Part shown: piece after piece, positions 9,193 to 18,974 of the stretch
Numbering within the stretch: the stretch's first letter is position 1
Layout: each line of letters starts with the position of its first letter
NCBI GenBank assembly: GCA_965262485.1
Contig: OZ253540.1
Span: 2,660,182-2,724,181 of the forward strand
DNA length: 64,000 nucleotides
Reading direction: 5' to 3'
From: Dehalococcoidia bacterium
GTDB taxonomy: Bacteria; Chloroflexota; Dehalococcoidia; Lucifugimonadales; UBA3495
Notes under the pieces: generated by a model
Told to the model about the DNA's origin: nothing
Seen by the model: the letters and a program-made list of their open reading frames with translations, nothing else
Databases searched by the model: none
Made by a program: the position numbers and the translations under genes

Positions 9193-9810
9193 ATGATGAC
9201 CTCTACGCACAACGTTGACCACATCCACGACCAGCCCATGAGCGATGTGGCCCTCCGGTCGGTTGCCATTGAAACCCTGTTGGTGGAAAAAGGCATCATA
9301 GGCGCCGCCGAAATCAGCCGGCAAGTTGACCTGATGGACGGTCGCACGCCTGCCGACGGGGCCAGAGTTGTGGCTCGCGCGTGGGTCGATCCCGACTTCA
9401 AAGCCCGCCTGCTGGATGATCCCCGCTCTGCCCTGGCGGAGCTGGGATTCAATCTGCCGGCGGAAACCCCTCACCTGGCGGTCGTCGAAAACACCGATAC
9501 CCGGCATAATTTGGTGGTGTGTACGCTGTGCTCGTGCTATCCGAGGATGCTGCTGGGTCGCCCGCCCGACTGGTACAAGAGCCTGGCGTACCGCGCCCGC
9601 GCCGTCCGCGACCCGCGCGGTGTGATGGCCGAGTTTGGCTCAACCCCGCCGGTTGATGCCGAAGTCCGGGTTCTGGACAGCACCGCCGACCTGCGTTATC
9701 TCGTGCTGCCCCGCCGACCCGAAGGAACCGAGGGCATGACCGAGCATGAATTGGCGAGACTGGTCACACGCGACAGCATGATCGGCGTAAGCGATCCGCT
9801 AATGCCGTAG
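9193..9810 (+). CDS. nthA: Cobalt-type nitrile hydratase alpha / thiocyanate hydrolase gamma subunit
   Basis: Metal motif VCTLCSCY (Co-type), GARVVARAWVDP, PPDWYKS, VTRDSMIG. Confidence 0.92.
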   Translation: MMTSTHNVDHIHDQPMSDVALRSVAIETLLVEKGIIGAAEISRQVDLMDGRTPADGARVVARAWVDPDFKARLLDDPRSALAELGFNLPAETPHLAVVENTDTRHNLVVCTLCSCYPRMLLGRPPDWYKSLAYRARAVRDPRGVMAEFGSTPPVDAEVRVLDSTADLRYLVLPRRPEGTEGMTEHELARLVTRDSMIGVSDPLMP

Positions 9811-9825
9811 TCCACTTGAAAGTCC

Positions 9826-9895
9826 AGCCGTCCTTCGACAGGCTCAGGACGAGCGGATGGGAGTGTAGAACCGCTCACGGTGAGCCTGTCGAACT
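9826..9895. repeat. Family C palindrome pair (TTCGACAGGCTCAG/TGAGCCTGTCGAA) between convergent genes
   Basis: Same units at 21653-21715, 28295, 52180, 62683 and nested inside family A copies. Confidence 0.8.
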
Positions 9896-9896
9896 G

Positions 9897-10325
9897 CTAC
9901 TCGTCTATCTGGCTAATTCGCCTCAGATGACGCCCGCCTTCAAACTCGGTCTTCAACCACACATCTACCACTTCGCGGGCCGTTTCCCAGGATACCAGCC
10001 GCTGCCCCATCGACAAAACGTTGGAGTCGTTATGCTCGCGAGCGTAACGCGCGGACTCGGCGTTCCAGCACAGAGTGCAGCGCACGCCCGCCAGCCGGTT
10101 GGCTACGATGGCCTCACCGTTGCCTGAACCGCCCAGGATGATGCCGCGGTCAACGTCGCCGCGGGACACCGCCTCTGCTACCGGGCGGATCCAACCGGGG
10201 TAGTCGGTCGCTTCTTCCGAGTAAGTCCCGTAGTCAACGGCTTCGTGGCCCAGGTAGGCCAATAACGATAGCAAACGGGATTTGTAGTCAAATCCGGCGT
10301 GGTCTGATCCGATGGCGATTTTCAT
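9897..10325 (-). CDS. rpiB: Ribose-5-phosphate isomerase B
   Basis: MKIAIGSDHAG, GGSGNGE, AREHNDSN, FEGGRHLRR. Confidence 0.95.
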   Translation of the reverse strand: MKIAIGSDHAGFDYKSRLLSLLAYLGHEAVDYGTYSEEATDYPGWIRPVAEAVSRGDVDRGIILGGSGNGEAIVANRLAGVRCTLCWNAESARYAREHNDSNVLSMGQRLVSWETAREVVDVWLKTEFEGGRHLRRISQIDE

Positions 10326-10391
10326 AGGTCGCGCTCCGGTCGATAGCATAGCATCAAAGTGGGATACTGTCATCGGAACAACGTGCGTTTG

Positions 10392-10574
10392 CAGGGCTAT
10401 CGCATATGAAATTACAGCCACGTCACTCCGGCGAAAGCCGGAGTCCAGAGAGGGTATGATGAAAGAATCAGAACCGTGATTAACGACTACGGCCACTGGA
10501 TTCCCGCTTTCGCGGGAATGACGGTGGTTGGCGGGAATGACGGTGGTTAATTTGGTCCATATGCGATAGCCCTG
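10392..10574. mobile_element. MITE with ISAs1-type ends carrying the family D payload; followed by a family A MITE right end (10575-10616)
   Basis: TIR CAGGGCTATCGCATATG/CATATGCGATAGCCCTG; core 10421-10525 near-identical to 26911-27015. Confidence 0.8.
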
Positions 10575-10711
10575 GACAGCAGGCCGGTTTGGATTGACAA
10601 AGCGGGTAAGCGTGAGACTGACGCGCATCCCCGTGGCACCGACGTTTGTGGCATAATGAGCGGCGATTTTCCACACCCACTTTCCAATCTCACCACGGAG
10701 GTGCATACGGC

Positions 10712-11893
10712 ATGGTTGACCTGAGGCGCGCTGCCGCCATCGTAGGCATCCACGAGCACGTCACCCGATACGCTCCCGACAAAAGCGAGCTGCAAATTCA
10801 GGGCGAGAGCGTAATCAAGGCCCTCGCCGACGCCGGTCTCACCAAAAACGACGTCGACGGCCTGTTTACGGCGTCCAGCAGTATCCGCAACAGTGGCATG
10901 AATCTGGCCGACTACCTGAACATGTACCCCAGGTACGTCGATAACACCACGGTGGGAGGCGGGTCTTTCGAGTTCCATCTTTCCCACGCGCTCACGGCCA
11001 TCGCCGCCGGACGTATCAACGTTGCTGTCATCACTTACAGCAGCCTGGCCCGGTCGGGCGGAGTTTCCGTCGGCACGGGCGGCGTAGGTCGTTTCGGTCA
11101 TCCCATTCTGGACCCCGCTCCCGACAGCTTCGAGGAACTCTACGGCCTCACCACCGTGGGCCTGTACGCCATGATTGCCCGTCGACACATGCACCTTTTC
11201 GGCACCACGTCCGAGCAGCTGGCCGAGGTTTCCGTCGCCATGCGGCACCACGCTTCAATGAACCCGGAAGCCCTCTTCCGCGATCCCGTAACCGTGGCAG
11301 ATGTTGTCAACTCCCGCGTTATTTCCGATCCGCTCCACCTGATGGACTGCTGCGTCATTACCGACGGCGGCGGCGCGGTGGTCGTCGCCTCGCCGGAGGT
11401 GGCGCGCAATTGCCGCCAGACGCCCGTTTGGGTGCTGGGCGTCGGGGAGGCCATCGCCCACCAGGGAGCCGGCAAGCGCGACCTCATCTATATTGCCGCC
11501 CACCAGAGCGCGCCGCGCGCTTTCGAGATGGCCGGTGTGACCCACGACAACATCGACATGGCCATGGTGTACGACTCCTTCACCATCACCGTTGTAGAAA
11601 CCCTGGAGGACCTTGGTTTCTGCAAGAAGGGCGAGGGCGGAGAGTTCGTCAGTGGCGGGCGGCTCAAGGTTGGCGGCGCATTGCCCACCAACACCGACGG
11701 CGGCGGTCTGTCGTCAAATCATCCTGGTATGCGTGGACTCTTTCTCCTGCTGGAAGCCACCAGACAACTTCGACACGAATTCGACGGCACCGGACGCCAG
11801 GTGCCCAATTGTCAAATCGCGCTGGCCCACGGCACGGGCGGCGCCCTCGGTTCCCGCCATAGCGGCGGCACCGTCATCCTGGGGAGGGATTAA
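10712..11893 (+). CDS. SCP2-type thiolase-fold protein (Ltp2-like, no catalytic Cys)
   Basis: GGGSFE in place of the Cys motif, DCCVITDGGGA, YDSFT, NTDGGGLS, HGTGG. Confidence 0.9.
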   Translation: MVDLRRAAAIVGIHEHVTRYAPDKSELQIQGESVIKALADAGLTKNDVDGLFTASSSIRNSGMNLADYLNMYPRYVDNTTVGGGSFEFHLSHALTAIAAGRINVAVITYSSLARSGGVSVGTGGVGRFGHPILDPAPDSFEELYGLTTVGLYAMIARRHMHLFGTTSEQLAEVSVAMRHHASMNPEALFRDPVTVADVVNSRVISDPLHLMDCCVITDGGGAVVVASPEVARNCRQTPVWVLGVGEAIAHQGAGKRDLIYIAAHQSAPRAFEMAGVTHDNIDMAMVYDSFTITVVETLEDLGFCKKGEGGEFVSGGRLKVGGALPTNTDGGGLSSNHPGMRGLFLLLEATRQLRHEFDGTGRQVPNCQIALAHGTGGALGSRHSGGTVILGRD

Positions 11894-11895
11894 CC

Positions 11896-12306
11896 ATGCC
11901 GGAATGGAACAGGCCTTTGCCGACTATCGTCGGTGAAACGCGACCCTTTTGGGATTCGTGCCGTCGCGGACAACTCGTCATCCAGCGCTGCGACGACTGC
12001 AACGAGTATCAATGGTACCCCCGCGGCATCTGCGCCAACTGCTGGAGCGAGAACATCCAGTGGGTGCAGTCCAGCGGGCACGGCACGGTGTGGACTTATA
12101 CCGTAACCAATCAGAACCGGACTACCGGTTTTGAAGAGATGGTTCCTTACGTGCTGGCGCTGGTAGAACTTGATGAGGGGGTCCGCATGTTCACCAACAT
12201 CGTGGATTGCAACCCCGCCGACGTGTCAATTGGGATGGAGGTAGAAGTAACCTTCCGGACCGCTACCCCGCAGATCAGCATCCCCTACTTCAAACCGGCC
12301 GCGTGA
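11896..12306 (+). CDS. DUF35 Zn-ribbon/OB-fold protein
   Basis: PFWDSC, QRCDDC..YPRGICANC, GTVWTYT, PYVLALVELDEG. Confidence 0.92.
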   Translation: MPEWNRPLPTIVGETRPFWDSCRRGQLVIQRCDDCNEYQWYPRGICANCWSENIQWVQSSGHGTVWTYTVTNQNRTTGFEEMVPYVLALVELDEGVRMFTNIVDCNPADVSIGMEVEVTFRTATPQISIPYFKPAA

Positions 12307-12390
12307 CAACTCCCTCTCCCTTGATGGGAGAGGGTTGGGGTGAGGGTGAAACGCCCCACCGGATAATTCGCTCCTCCCGGCAATACGGCT

Positions 12391-12558
12391 ATGAACAGTA
12401 ATGTGTACCATATCCACTTTCTCGACCACCAAATGCCGGCTGGCGAACTGGATTTAGTCCGGTTCGCCAGAGACTACGCCGCTGAACTCAGTGGCGCCAG
12501 CCTGGATGACATCACCTGCTTCATACAACAGCACACCGGCGACCCCAGCTACGAGTGA
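12391..12558 (+). CDS. Small hypothetical protein (55 aa, not in ORF track)
   Basis: ATG 12391 MNSNVYHIHFLDHQ..GDPSYE, stop overlaps next start (GTGA). Confidence 0.5.
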   Translation: MNSNVYHIHFLDHQMPAGELDLVRFARDYAAELSGASLDDITCFIQQHTGDPSYE

Positions 12559-12929
12559 CTATCAGCGTCCCGCAGCGCCTGACCGACGCCATCCGGCGCA
12601 TCGCAGATTCCGGCCTTGAACCCGTCTTTGAAGAACCGGAAAGGCCCTACGTGGACGGCGATTCCTGCGTAGTCCCCGGTTCATTCCAAATCAGACACTT
12701 CGGCGCTACCATCGACCCCAGGGCCGTTTCCAACCACCCGCAAAGGCAAAGCATAATGGCCGAAGTCCTCACCGAACACGTCCCGGACCTGCCAGACATC
12801 GCCAAAAACTTTCTCAACTGGAACTACATAGAGACTGATGAAGAAACCGGCCTAATCGTAATCTTCTGGGGCGACGGCGCGGAGGAGGAAATCGAACTCT
12901 ACCCCTCCAACAGCGAATTCGCGATTTAG
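12555..12929 (+). CDS. Hypothetical acidic protein
   Basis: 124-aa ORF translationally coupled to the upstream small ORF. Confidence 0.6.
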   Translation: MTISVPQRLTDAIRRIADSGLEPVFEEPERPYVDGDSCVVPGSFQIRHFGATIDPRAVSNHPQRQSIMAEVLTEHVPDLPDIAKNFLNWNYIETDEETGLIVIFWGDGAEEEIELYPSNSEFAI

Positions 12930-12996
12930 CCGGAAGAGCGATTGCCTGGCCCGGCACAATCCAATTACCACCCCTACTTCAAACCGGCCGGGTGAC

Positions 12997-13106
12997 TAGT
13001 ACCGTTTCCAGATAGATTTGTTAATGCCGGAAAGCTGCCTCTAACTCTGGATTCCTGCTTGTGTGGGAATGATTAACAGGTGAACAGATATACGATATAA
13101 GGCATC
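12997..13106. mobile_element. MITE with IS630-like ends
   Basis: TAGTACCGTTTCCA/TGGAAACGGTACTA inverted ends in CTAG context; degenerate family D hairpin inside. Confidence 0.75.
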
Positions 13107-13332
13107 TTCAAGTGGAAACGGTACTAGGCCGTGTTGACATTTGAGATATAAGGCGATTTCGCTAACCCCAACTCGTCATTCCCGAACCCCATCTCGTCAT
13201 TCCCGCGCAAGCGGGAATCCAGAGTACCCTAATGTGAACGATGCCTGCTTTCCAAAGCGCCTGGATTCCCGCCCCGTATCAAGTACGGGGTGACGTTCTT
13301 TCGCGGGAATGACTGGAAATGTCAGCAGAACC
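13107..13332. mobile_element. MITE with IS5-like ends carrying a family D hairpin pair
   Basis: GGCCGTGTTGACATTT/AAATGTCAGCAGAACC; GTCATTCCCGCGCAAGCGGGAATCC and inverse with nested CCCCGTATCAAGTACGGGG. Confidence 0.7.
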
Positions 13333-13527
13333 TAATAAAGAAAGCCCCGTTGAGCAAGCGCACCGGCGGGGCTTTGAATCCGGTTCACTCAGCGCCAGCA
13401 ATAGCAAGGTGAGACACAACTGCTCATTTCCACGCTACTCTGAACTGTTACCGCGATGGTACTATCGCGTCGCGCCCCGGGCTAACATCGTCAGACCTGC
13501 GAACCAACGTCACCTACGAATCCAAAC

Positions 13528-14709
13528 GTGAGTCTTCCGGAATTGACAACGCTATCCGCAACCACCCGCCGGCGAGTGGCCCTGGCGATGTCTTTGGTGG
13601 TGGTCGTGCTGTTCCTGGCCTTGCTGTGGCAGTTCGTGTCGATACTGGTTCCATACGCCCTCAGCGCCCTCATCGCCTTCCTGATAATGCCGCTGGTCAA
13701 TGCGCTGGCGTCAAGGCTACCCGGCCATCGGAGCAGGCCCCGGGTGGTGCGGGCGGTAACAGCGGGCGCAGCCACCCTCGTGGTATTGATTATTTTTGCT
13801 GCCGTGATCGCGGTCGGGTTATTCCGGCTGGTTCAGGGCACGTCCGCGCTGGCCGAGCGCGTACCCGAGTTGGTTCAAGAGCTCGGGTTGACTATGGTTA
13901 TGATCGAGCAAGCCTATCGTGAGCGCGTTCCAGCCGATATACAGGCCCAGATAGACCCGCGTTTGGCAGCGGCCGGTAAGGCCATCATTGCGGCTGCTTC
14001 CGATGGGGCGGTACAGGTTTTCGGAATCCTGAGGAGCGGCCTGTCGTTGGTTATCGCCCTGGCCGGAGCGCCCATCATCCTGTTTTACCTGCTGTACGAT
14101 GCGCCGGCCATTGGGCGCGGCATCCGTACACTATTGCCTGGCCCGCTCCGGAACGACGTATGCAACATCGGAGGATTGGCCGGTTCCACCGTTATCGCCT
14201 ATCTTCGTACCCAACTGCTGATGGCCATCATGGTCGGCGTAGTCATTGGCCTGGCGATGTGGGCGTTGGGAGTTCCGGCGGCAATAGCCCTGGGCGTTCT
14301 CGCCGGCCTGTCGGAGTTAGTCCCCGTCGTGGGTCCGATATTGGCTTTCGCCGTGGCCGCAATCGTAACCCTGGTTACGAATCCCACCCTGTTGCCCATC
14401 GTCGTGCTCGTGTACCTGGGCGTACAGTTGCTGCAAAACACGCTGGTTGTGCCCCGAATCCAAGGGCAGGCGACCGGATTGCATCCGCTGGCCGTGATGC
14501 TGTCGCTGGCGACGTTAGGATCGGTTTGGGGATTTTGGGGCGTATTGATCGCCGTACCCTTCGTCGCGGCCGCATACCGAGTTTTGAGCTATGCGCGACA
14601 GGAATGGAACTCCGCAGGGACACCAGGCGAAATCGAAGCAGACCTCTCGACCGGCACACCAATCACGACAATGGATGACGACGAAGTTTCGCAACTTCCA
14701 ATTGAGTAA
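13528..14709 (+). CDS. AI-2E family transporter
   Basis: Multi-TM; ELVPVVGP, QLLQNTLVVPRIQG, LHPLAV, WGFWGVLIAVP. Confidence 0.92.
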   Translation: MSLPELTTLSATTRRRVALAMSLVVVVLFLALLWQFVSILVPYALSALIAFLIMPLVNALASRLPGHRSRPRVVRAVTAGAATLVVLIIFAAVIAVGLFRLVQGTSALAERVPELVQELGLTMVMIEQAYRERVPADIQAQIDPRLAAAGKAIIAAASDGAVQVFGILRSGLSLVIALAGAPIILFYLLYDAPAIGRGIRTLLPGPLRNDVCNIGGLAGSTVIAYLRTQLLMAIMVGVVIGLAMWALGVPAAIALGVLAGLSELVPVVGPILAFAVAAIVTLVTNPTLLPIVVLVYLGVQLLQNTLVVPRIQGQATGLHPLAVMLSLATLGSVWGFWGVLIAVPFVAAAYRVLSYARQEWNSAGTPGEIEADLSTGTPITTMDDDEVSQLPIE

Positions 14710-14817
14710 CGAAACCGCTTGCTTCTAGGCTTGGCGATCAGCGTTTACCATCGAGATTCCTCAGAGGTTTTGGCGCAAAATACGAGATCAAAAATCGGAT
14801 CGCACAGCCATCTTGTC

Positions 14818-15021
14818 CTCACGCGTACCCACTTTAATCTGTCATTGCGACCCCGTACTTGATACGGGGGTGGCAATCTCGACGCCGTAGCAATGGTGGT
14901 TCCCCGGCGTGTGCTCAACCTCAACGAGATTGCCACGTCGCTGCGCTCCTCGCAATGACAGGTGGGGGTGGTCGCCCTTCGCAATGACAGTCGACTGGTT
15001 TGGCAAAGTGGGTACCGTGAG
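14818..15021. mobile_element. Family A MITE (CTCACGCGTACCCACTTT ends; GTCATTGCGA..GGCAATCTC/GAGATTGCC..TCGCAATGAC core)
   Basis: Inverted ends at 14818 and 15005-15021; related copies at 17940, 21470, 28835, 33905, 54918, 62447. Confidence 0.85.
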
Positions 15022-15077
15022 CTGCGAACCCGCCTTTCATCGCGCCGGTATCGTGCCGATGTGCGAAGTTCACGCAT
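15022..15077 (-). pseudogene. YafQ/RelE-like toxin N-terminal stub truncated by the MITE
   Basis: MRELRTSARYRRDERRV coupled to the antitoxin stop; no continuation beyond the MITE. Confidence 0.6.
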
Positions 15078-15651
15078 CGGGCCATAAATCCGCCATCATT
15101 TCATCGACGCTGGAGTACGTGACCATATCTTCTACCGGCTCGCGCATCGCCGCCTGCGTCTCCTCGTTGGGGATTTTTCCATAGGCTAGGCAGAGGAGGC
15201 AATCGTCGTGCAGCGCCGTCCGTTCGTAGAATGTGGCGATGGCTTCCTCCGGCGTCATTCCCATCTGTGCAAAAACCGTCTCGGCCTTTTGCGCTATCTC
15301 AGATTTGGGGTTTTTGGTGTCAAGGCCGGTTGGCGTGGCCGCTTTTGTTTCCATCCCACCAGCAGTGAAAGATTGCCCGGCAGTCTGGCTGACTTCCCAC
15401 AAATCGGCCATCATTTCATCAACGATGGTGTAGATGGCAATACTCTCCCGCGGTTCGTTAAAGGCCGCCAGAGATTCCGCATTGAGGGGTTTTACCGCCC
15501 TGAGACCATCGCCGCGCAGCGCGGTCAGCTTATAGAACATGGCGACGGCCGCATCAGGCGTCATTTTCACTCCCGCAAAAATCTCCTCAGCCTTTTGCAC
15601 AACTTTGGGGTCGCGGTGGCGGGGCGTCATCTTTGGGAGTTTGCGGACCAT
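15070..15651 (-). CDS. RelB/DinJ-like antitoxin, two tandem domains
   Basis: Repeat QKAE..FA..MTP..A.A.FY..TAL and (TI/SS)VDEMMADLW; KIPNEETQAAM. Confidence 0.75.
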   Translation of the reverse strand: MVRKLPKMTPRHRDPKVVQKAEEIFAGVKMTPDAAVAMFYKLTALRGDGLRAVKPLNAESLAAFNEPRESIAIYTIVDEMMADLWEVSQTAGQSFTAGGMETKAATPTGLDTKNPKSEIAQKAETVFAQMGMTPEEAIATFYERTALHDDCLLCLAYGKIPNEETQAAMREPVEDMVTYSSVDEMMADLWPDA

Positions 15652-15698
15652 ATCCATTCTCCTCGTGTTGGACGTTGTAGTATCGGCCAGCCGCGTAC

Positions 15699-16061
15699 CT
15701 ACCCCCACGCCCGCAGCCTTATCTCCTCGCTTTCATCCATGTCCGCCTGGGCGGCGTCCGGCTCGTCGTTGAACAGGTACGACAGCGAACGGCGTGAGTA
15801 GTAGTTATCGTCCGCGGGGTTGATCCGGATGGCCTCGGTAAAGTCGGCGATTGATTGTGGATAATCGCCTACTTCGTACCACGAAATACCCCGATTGAAC
15901 CACGCATCGGCGCAGTCGGCATCCAGTTCAATCGCGGTGGTGTAGTCTGCGATGGCGCGCTCGTAAACCCCATTTCGACTGTACCGGTTGCCCCGATCTA
16001 CGTATTCGTCGGCGCTGGTTGGCTCCGGCGGTGGTGTTGGTGTGTTGCGTGGCGTGGACAC
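15699..16061 (-). CDS. Tetratricopeptide repeat protein
   Basis: YERAIADYTTAIELD, AWFNRG, SIADFTEAIRINP. Confidence 0.9.
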   Translation of the reverse strand: MSTPRNTPTPPPEPTSADEYVDRGNRYSRNGVYERAIADYTTAIELDADCADAWFNRGISWYEVGDYPQSIADFTEAIRINPADDNYYSRRSLSYLFNDEPDAAQADMDESEEIRLRAWG

Positions 16062-16094
16062 GTCTATGGTGACGTCGGCGACAGGAGGAGCAAT

Positions 16095-16886
16095 CTACAT
16101 TACCGAGCGAACCAGGCCGCCGTCCACCAGCATCGTCGTACCCGTCATGTAACTGGACCGCGACGACGCCAGGAAAGCCACCAGGTAAGCCAGTTCTTTG
16201 GGTTCGCCGATGCGTTTCAGGGCAGTTTGCTCGGCCCGCTGCGCCAGCGCGTCTTCCACCGGAATGCCCTGCGTGCGGGCGCGGTCTTCCACGTTCTCCA
16301 TCATGCGCTCTGACATGATGCTGCCGGGGCAAACGTTGTTGATCAGGATGTTTTCATGGCCGATATCGTCGGCCAGGTTTTTCATGAACCCGATCACGCC
16401 CATACGGGTCGCCGCTGACAACGCCAGGTTGGGTATCGGGGTGTAAACCGTGCTGGCCAGTATGTTGATGATGCGGCCGCCGCCCTGGGCTCGCAGATGC
16501 GGCAGCGCTGCGCGGGTCATTCGCGCAAAGAAGAACAGCGAACGGTTGGCCGAAATTTGCCAGAGCTCTTCGGTCGAGTCCTTGGCGTAAGACTGTGGAG
16601 GGCCGCCGGAGTTGTTAACCATGATATCGATCTGCCCAAAGTGGGCGGCGGTTTGAGCGACCAGGTCCTGGATGGTTTCTTCCCGGTCCAGGTCACCGGC
16701 AAACGTGAATATGTCTGCTCCGGTGGCAGCCCGGATTTCGTCGGCGGCCCTTTCCAGGTCGGACGCCGTTCGGGAACATATCGCGACCCGGGCGCCCTCT
16801 GCCGCCAGTACTTCAGCGCAAGCGCGGCCGAGGCCCTTGCTGGCTCCGCCCACGATTGCGACCTTTCCGTTCAATTGCAAATCCAT
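16095..16886 (-). CDS. SDR family oxidoreductase
   Basis: GASKGLG, VNNSGGP, NNVCPG, YMTGTTMLVDGG. Confidence 0.93.
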   Translation of the reverse strand: MDLQLNGKVAIVGGASKGLGRACAEVLAAEGARVAICSRTASDLERAADEIRAATGADIFTFAGDLDREETIQDLVAQTAAHFGQIDIMVNNSGGPPQSYAKDSTEELWQISANRSLFFFARMTRAALPHLRAQGGGRIINILASTVYTPIPNLALSAATRMGVIGFMKNLADDIGHENILINNVCPGSIMSERMMENVEDRARTQGIPVEDALAQRAEQTALKRIGEPKELAYLVAFLASSRSSYMTGTTMLVDGGLVRSVM

Positions 16887-17014
16887 TGTGTAGCCTCCTG
16901 AACTGCTGCCAGGATTATAACAGGCAGAACGTTGATACCCTGCGGGCAAACCCGGGCGGACGGCAGAATGGACATCCCGTTGCAGCGCCCGAAAGCGTTT
17001 ACAATGCAACCACT

Positions 17015-17872
17015 ATGACCACCATAATCGGCGTCGATTTCAGCGGAGCCCGCGATGACCGCAATACGTGGGTTGCCCAGGGGCGATTGACCGCTGAGGG
17101 AACGCTCCTGTTCGACGGCTCGCAACCCGTCCGTCGCGAGGACTTGTTCGAGCTATTAGCCACGGTTCCAACTCCCGCCGTCGCCGCACTCGATTTCCCG
17201 TTCGGCGTTCCCGCAAAATTCGCGCTGGCATTGCAGCCCCGGCCCGTGCCCATTGCGATGCCCGACGTGTGGCGCACTGCCGCCGCGATGACCCCCGACG
17301 AATTTGGCGACGCGCGCAACGATTACGTCCGGCGGTTTGCCGAGCCGAAACGCGCCGGTGACCTGGCATACTTCCCGGAGAGTTTTTCCCCGCTGCACCG
17401 GGTCAGACCCAACATGGTGCCCATGACTCACCTCGGTATGACCATGCTTCACCACTGGCACGAATCCTGCCCGACTCGCTGGCACGTGCCTCCTCTCGAT
17501 GCACCAGCGGGGCCCGTCGATACCGTAACCCTGCTGGAATTGATGCCGGGGGCGTTCCTGAATGCGATCGGGTTCGACCGCACCACCACCAAGGGATACA
17601 AGAAGGCTCAGCTGGCTATCCATCGACGAGACGCCATAATTAAGGGCCTGGCGGCCGCTTCGAATGTTCCGTTGCCCAACCTGTCCCTGGTGCGGCTGGG
17701 TTGTCGCGCCAACGACGATTGCCTCGATTCGGTGGTCGCAGCCGTGGCGGCCGCTGCCTGGTGTTTGGACTCAACACGATTTCGCCATCCCACCGCCGAC
17801 GAACTCCCCAACGCCCGGCTGGAAGGATGGATTTACGTTCCCCGCACTCCGTGTCGCCAGGAGAAGCGATAG
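17015..17872 (+). CDS. DUF429 family (RNase H-like) protein
   Basis: IIGVDFSG, ALDFPFG, DCLDSVVAA, LEGWIY. Confidence 0.8.
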   Translation: MTTIIGVDFSGARDDRNTWVAQGRLTAEGTLLFDGSQPVRREDLFELLATVPTPAVAALDFPFGVPAKFALALQPRPVPIAMPDVWRTAAAMTPDEFGDARNDYVRRFAEPKRAGDLAYFPESFSPLHRVRPNMVPMTHLGMTMLHHWHESCPTRWHVPPLDAPAGPVDTVTLLELMPGAFLNAIGFDRTTTKGYKKAQLAIHRRDAIIKGLAAASNVPLPNLSLVRLGCRANDDCLDSVVAAVAAAAWCLDSTRFRHPTADELPNARLEGWIYVPRTPCRQEKR

Positions 17873-17939
17873 TCGGCGGTGAGTCTGCCACTCCACGATC
17901 GTTATTGCGTCGGACGCGGTTTCTCGAAAAGCCCGAAGG

Positions 17940-18095
17940 TTCACGCTTCCCCGCTTTGTCATTGCGACCCCGTACTCGATGCGGGGGTTGGCAATCTCGG
18001 CGCCGTAGCAACGGTGGTTTGCCGACGTGTGTTCAACCTCAACGAGATTGCCACGTCGCTGCGCTCCTCGCAATGACAAAGTGGGTACTCGTGAG
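17940..18095. mobile_element. Family A MITE
   Basis: Same core and ends as 14818-15021. Confidence 0.8.
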
Positions 18096-18177
18096 TGTTG
18101 TTCCGTGCTTGCCCCGCGCGGGTGGCGGCGGTAATATGAACGCAGCATGGGCGCAGACCCGTAAAGCAGGTGGGCAA

Positions 18178-18516
18178 ATGGCAATTTACCGACTCTACGC
18201 TGGCAACGACGGCCAGTCGCACATTGAGGAAACCAGCCTGGCAAACCATCCCGAACTCACCGAGGGGCAGGCGGCCCGTTCCATTTCCTTTCGTGAATGG
18301 CCTCCCGGCCACTTCATCGACTGGCATCCGGCGCCCCGACGTCAGTACATCATTTCGTTGGGCGGCGAGATAGAAATCGGTCTGGGCGATGGCACCACCG
18401 TGCGCTACGGGTCCGGCGATGCCCGACTGGTTGAAGACACATCAGGACAGGGACACACCACCCGCGTCGTGGGCGACCAGCCCAGTCTAACGGCGGTCAT
18501 TCCCCTGGCGGACTGA
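18178..18516 (+). CDS. Small cupin-like protein, paralog 1
   Basis: DGQSHIEE, DWHPAPRRQY, EDTSGQGH. Confidence 0.85.
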   Translation: MAIYRLYAGNDGQSHIEETSLANHPELTEGQAARSISFREWPPGHFIDWHPAPRRQYIISLGGEIEIGLGDGTTVRYGSGDARLVEDTSGQGHTTRVVGDQPSLTAVIPLAD

Positions 18517-18568
18517 ACGAATCATCCTCTTCCATACCAACTCTTGAATACCATCAAGGAGGCTACCA

Positions 18569-18913
18569 ATGGGACAAATAATCAGGGTTTATACCGGCAG
18601 TGACAACGAGAGCCATTTCGAGGAACTCACCCCGGATCAATTCGCCGACATCGCCAACAACGTCGGCCCCGGCGACGTCACCGTCGGCCGCCGTGAATCA
18701 CCCAGTTTTTCCGATTACCACAACGCTCCCCGCCGGCAGTACGTCGTGAACATGAACGGCATCGCCGAATTTGAGGTGGCCGACGGCACCACGGTGCGCT
18801 TGTTCCCCGGCGACGTACTCGTTGCCGAGGACCTCACGGGACACGGCCACATCGCTCGAAGCATCGGCGATGATTTCCGCGTCTCCCTGGCAGTGCCCCT
18901 GGCTGAAGGGTAA
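18569..18913 (+). CDS. Small cupin-like protein, paralog 2
   Basis: ESHFEE, DYHNAPRRQY, AEDLTGHGH; RBS AAGGAGG. Confidence 0.87.
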   Translation: MGQIIRVYTGSDNESHFEELTPDQFADIANNVGPGDVTVGRRESPSFSDYHNAPRRQYVVNMNGIAEFEVADGTTVRLFPGDVLVAEDLTGHGHIARSIGDDFRVSLAVPLAEG

Positions 18914-18974
18914 CCGCTAAACCTGTTGACCAAGCCATCTCCCGTAACGGGAGATGGCCAACCAGAGGAAAACC

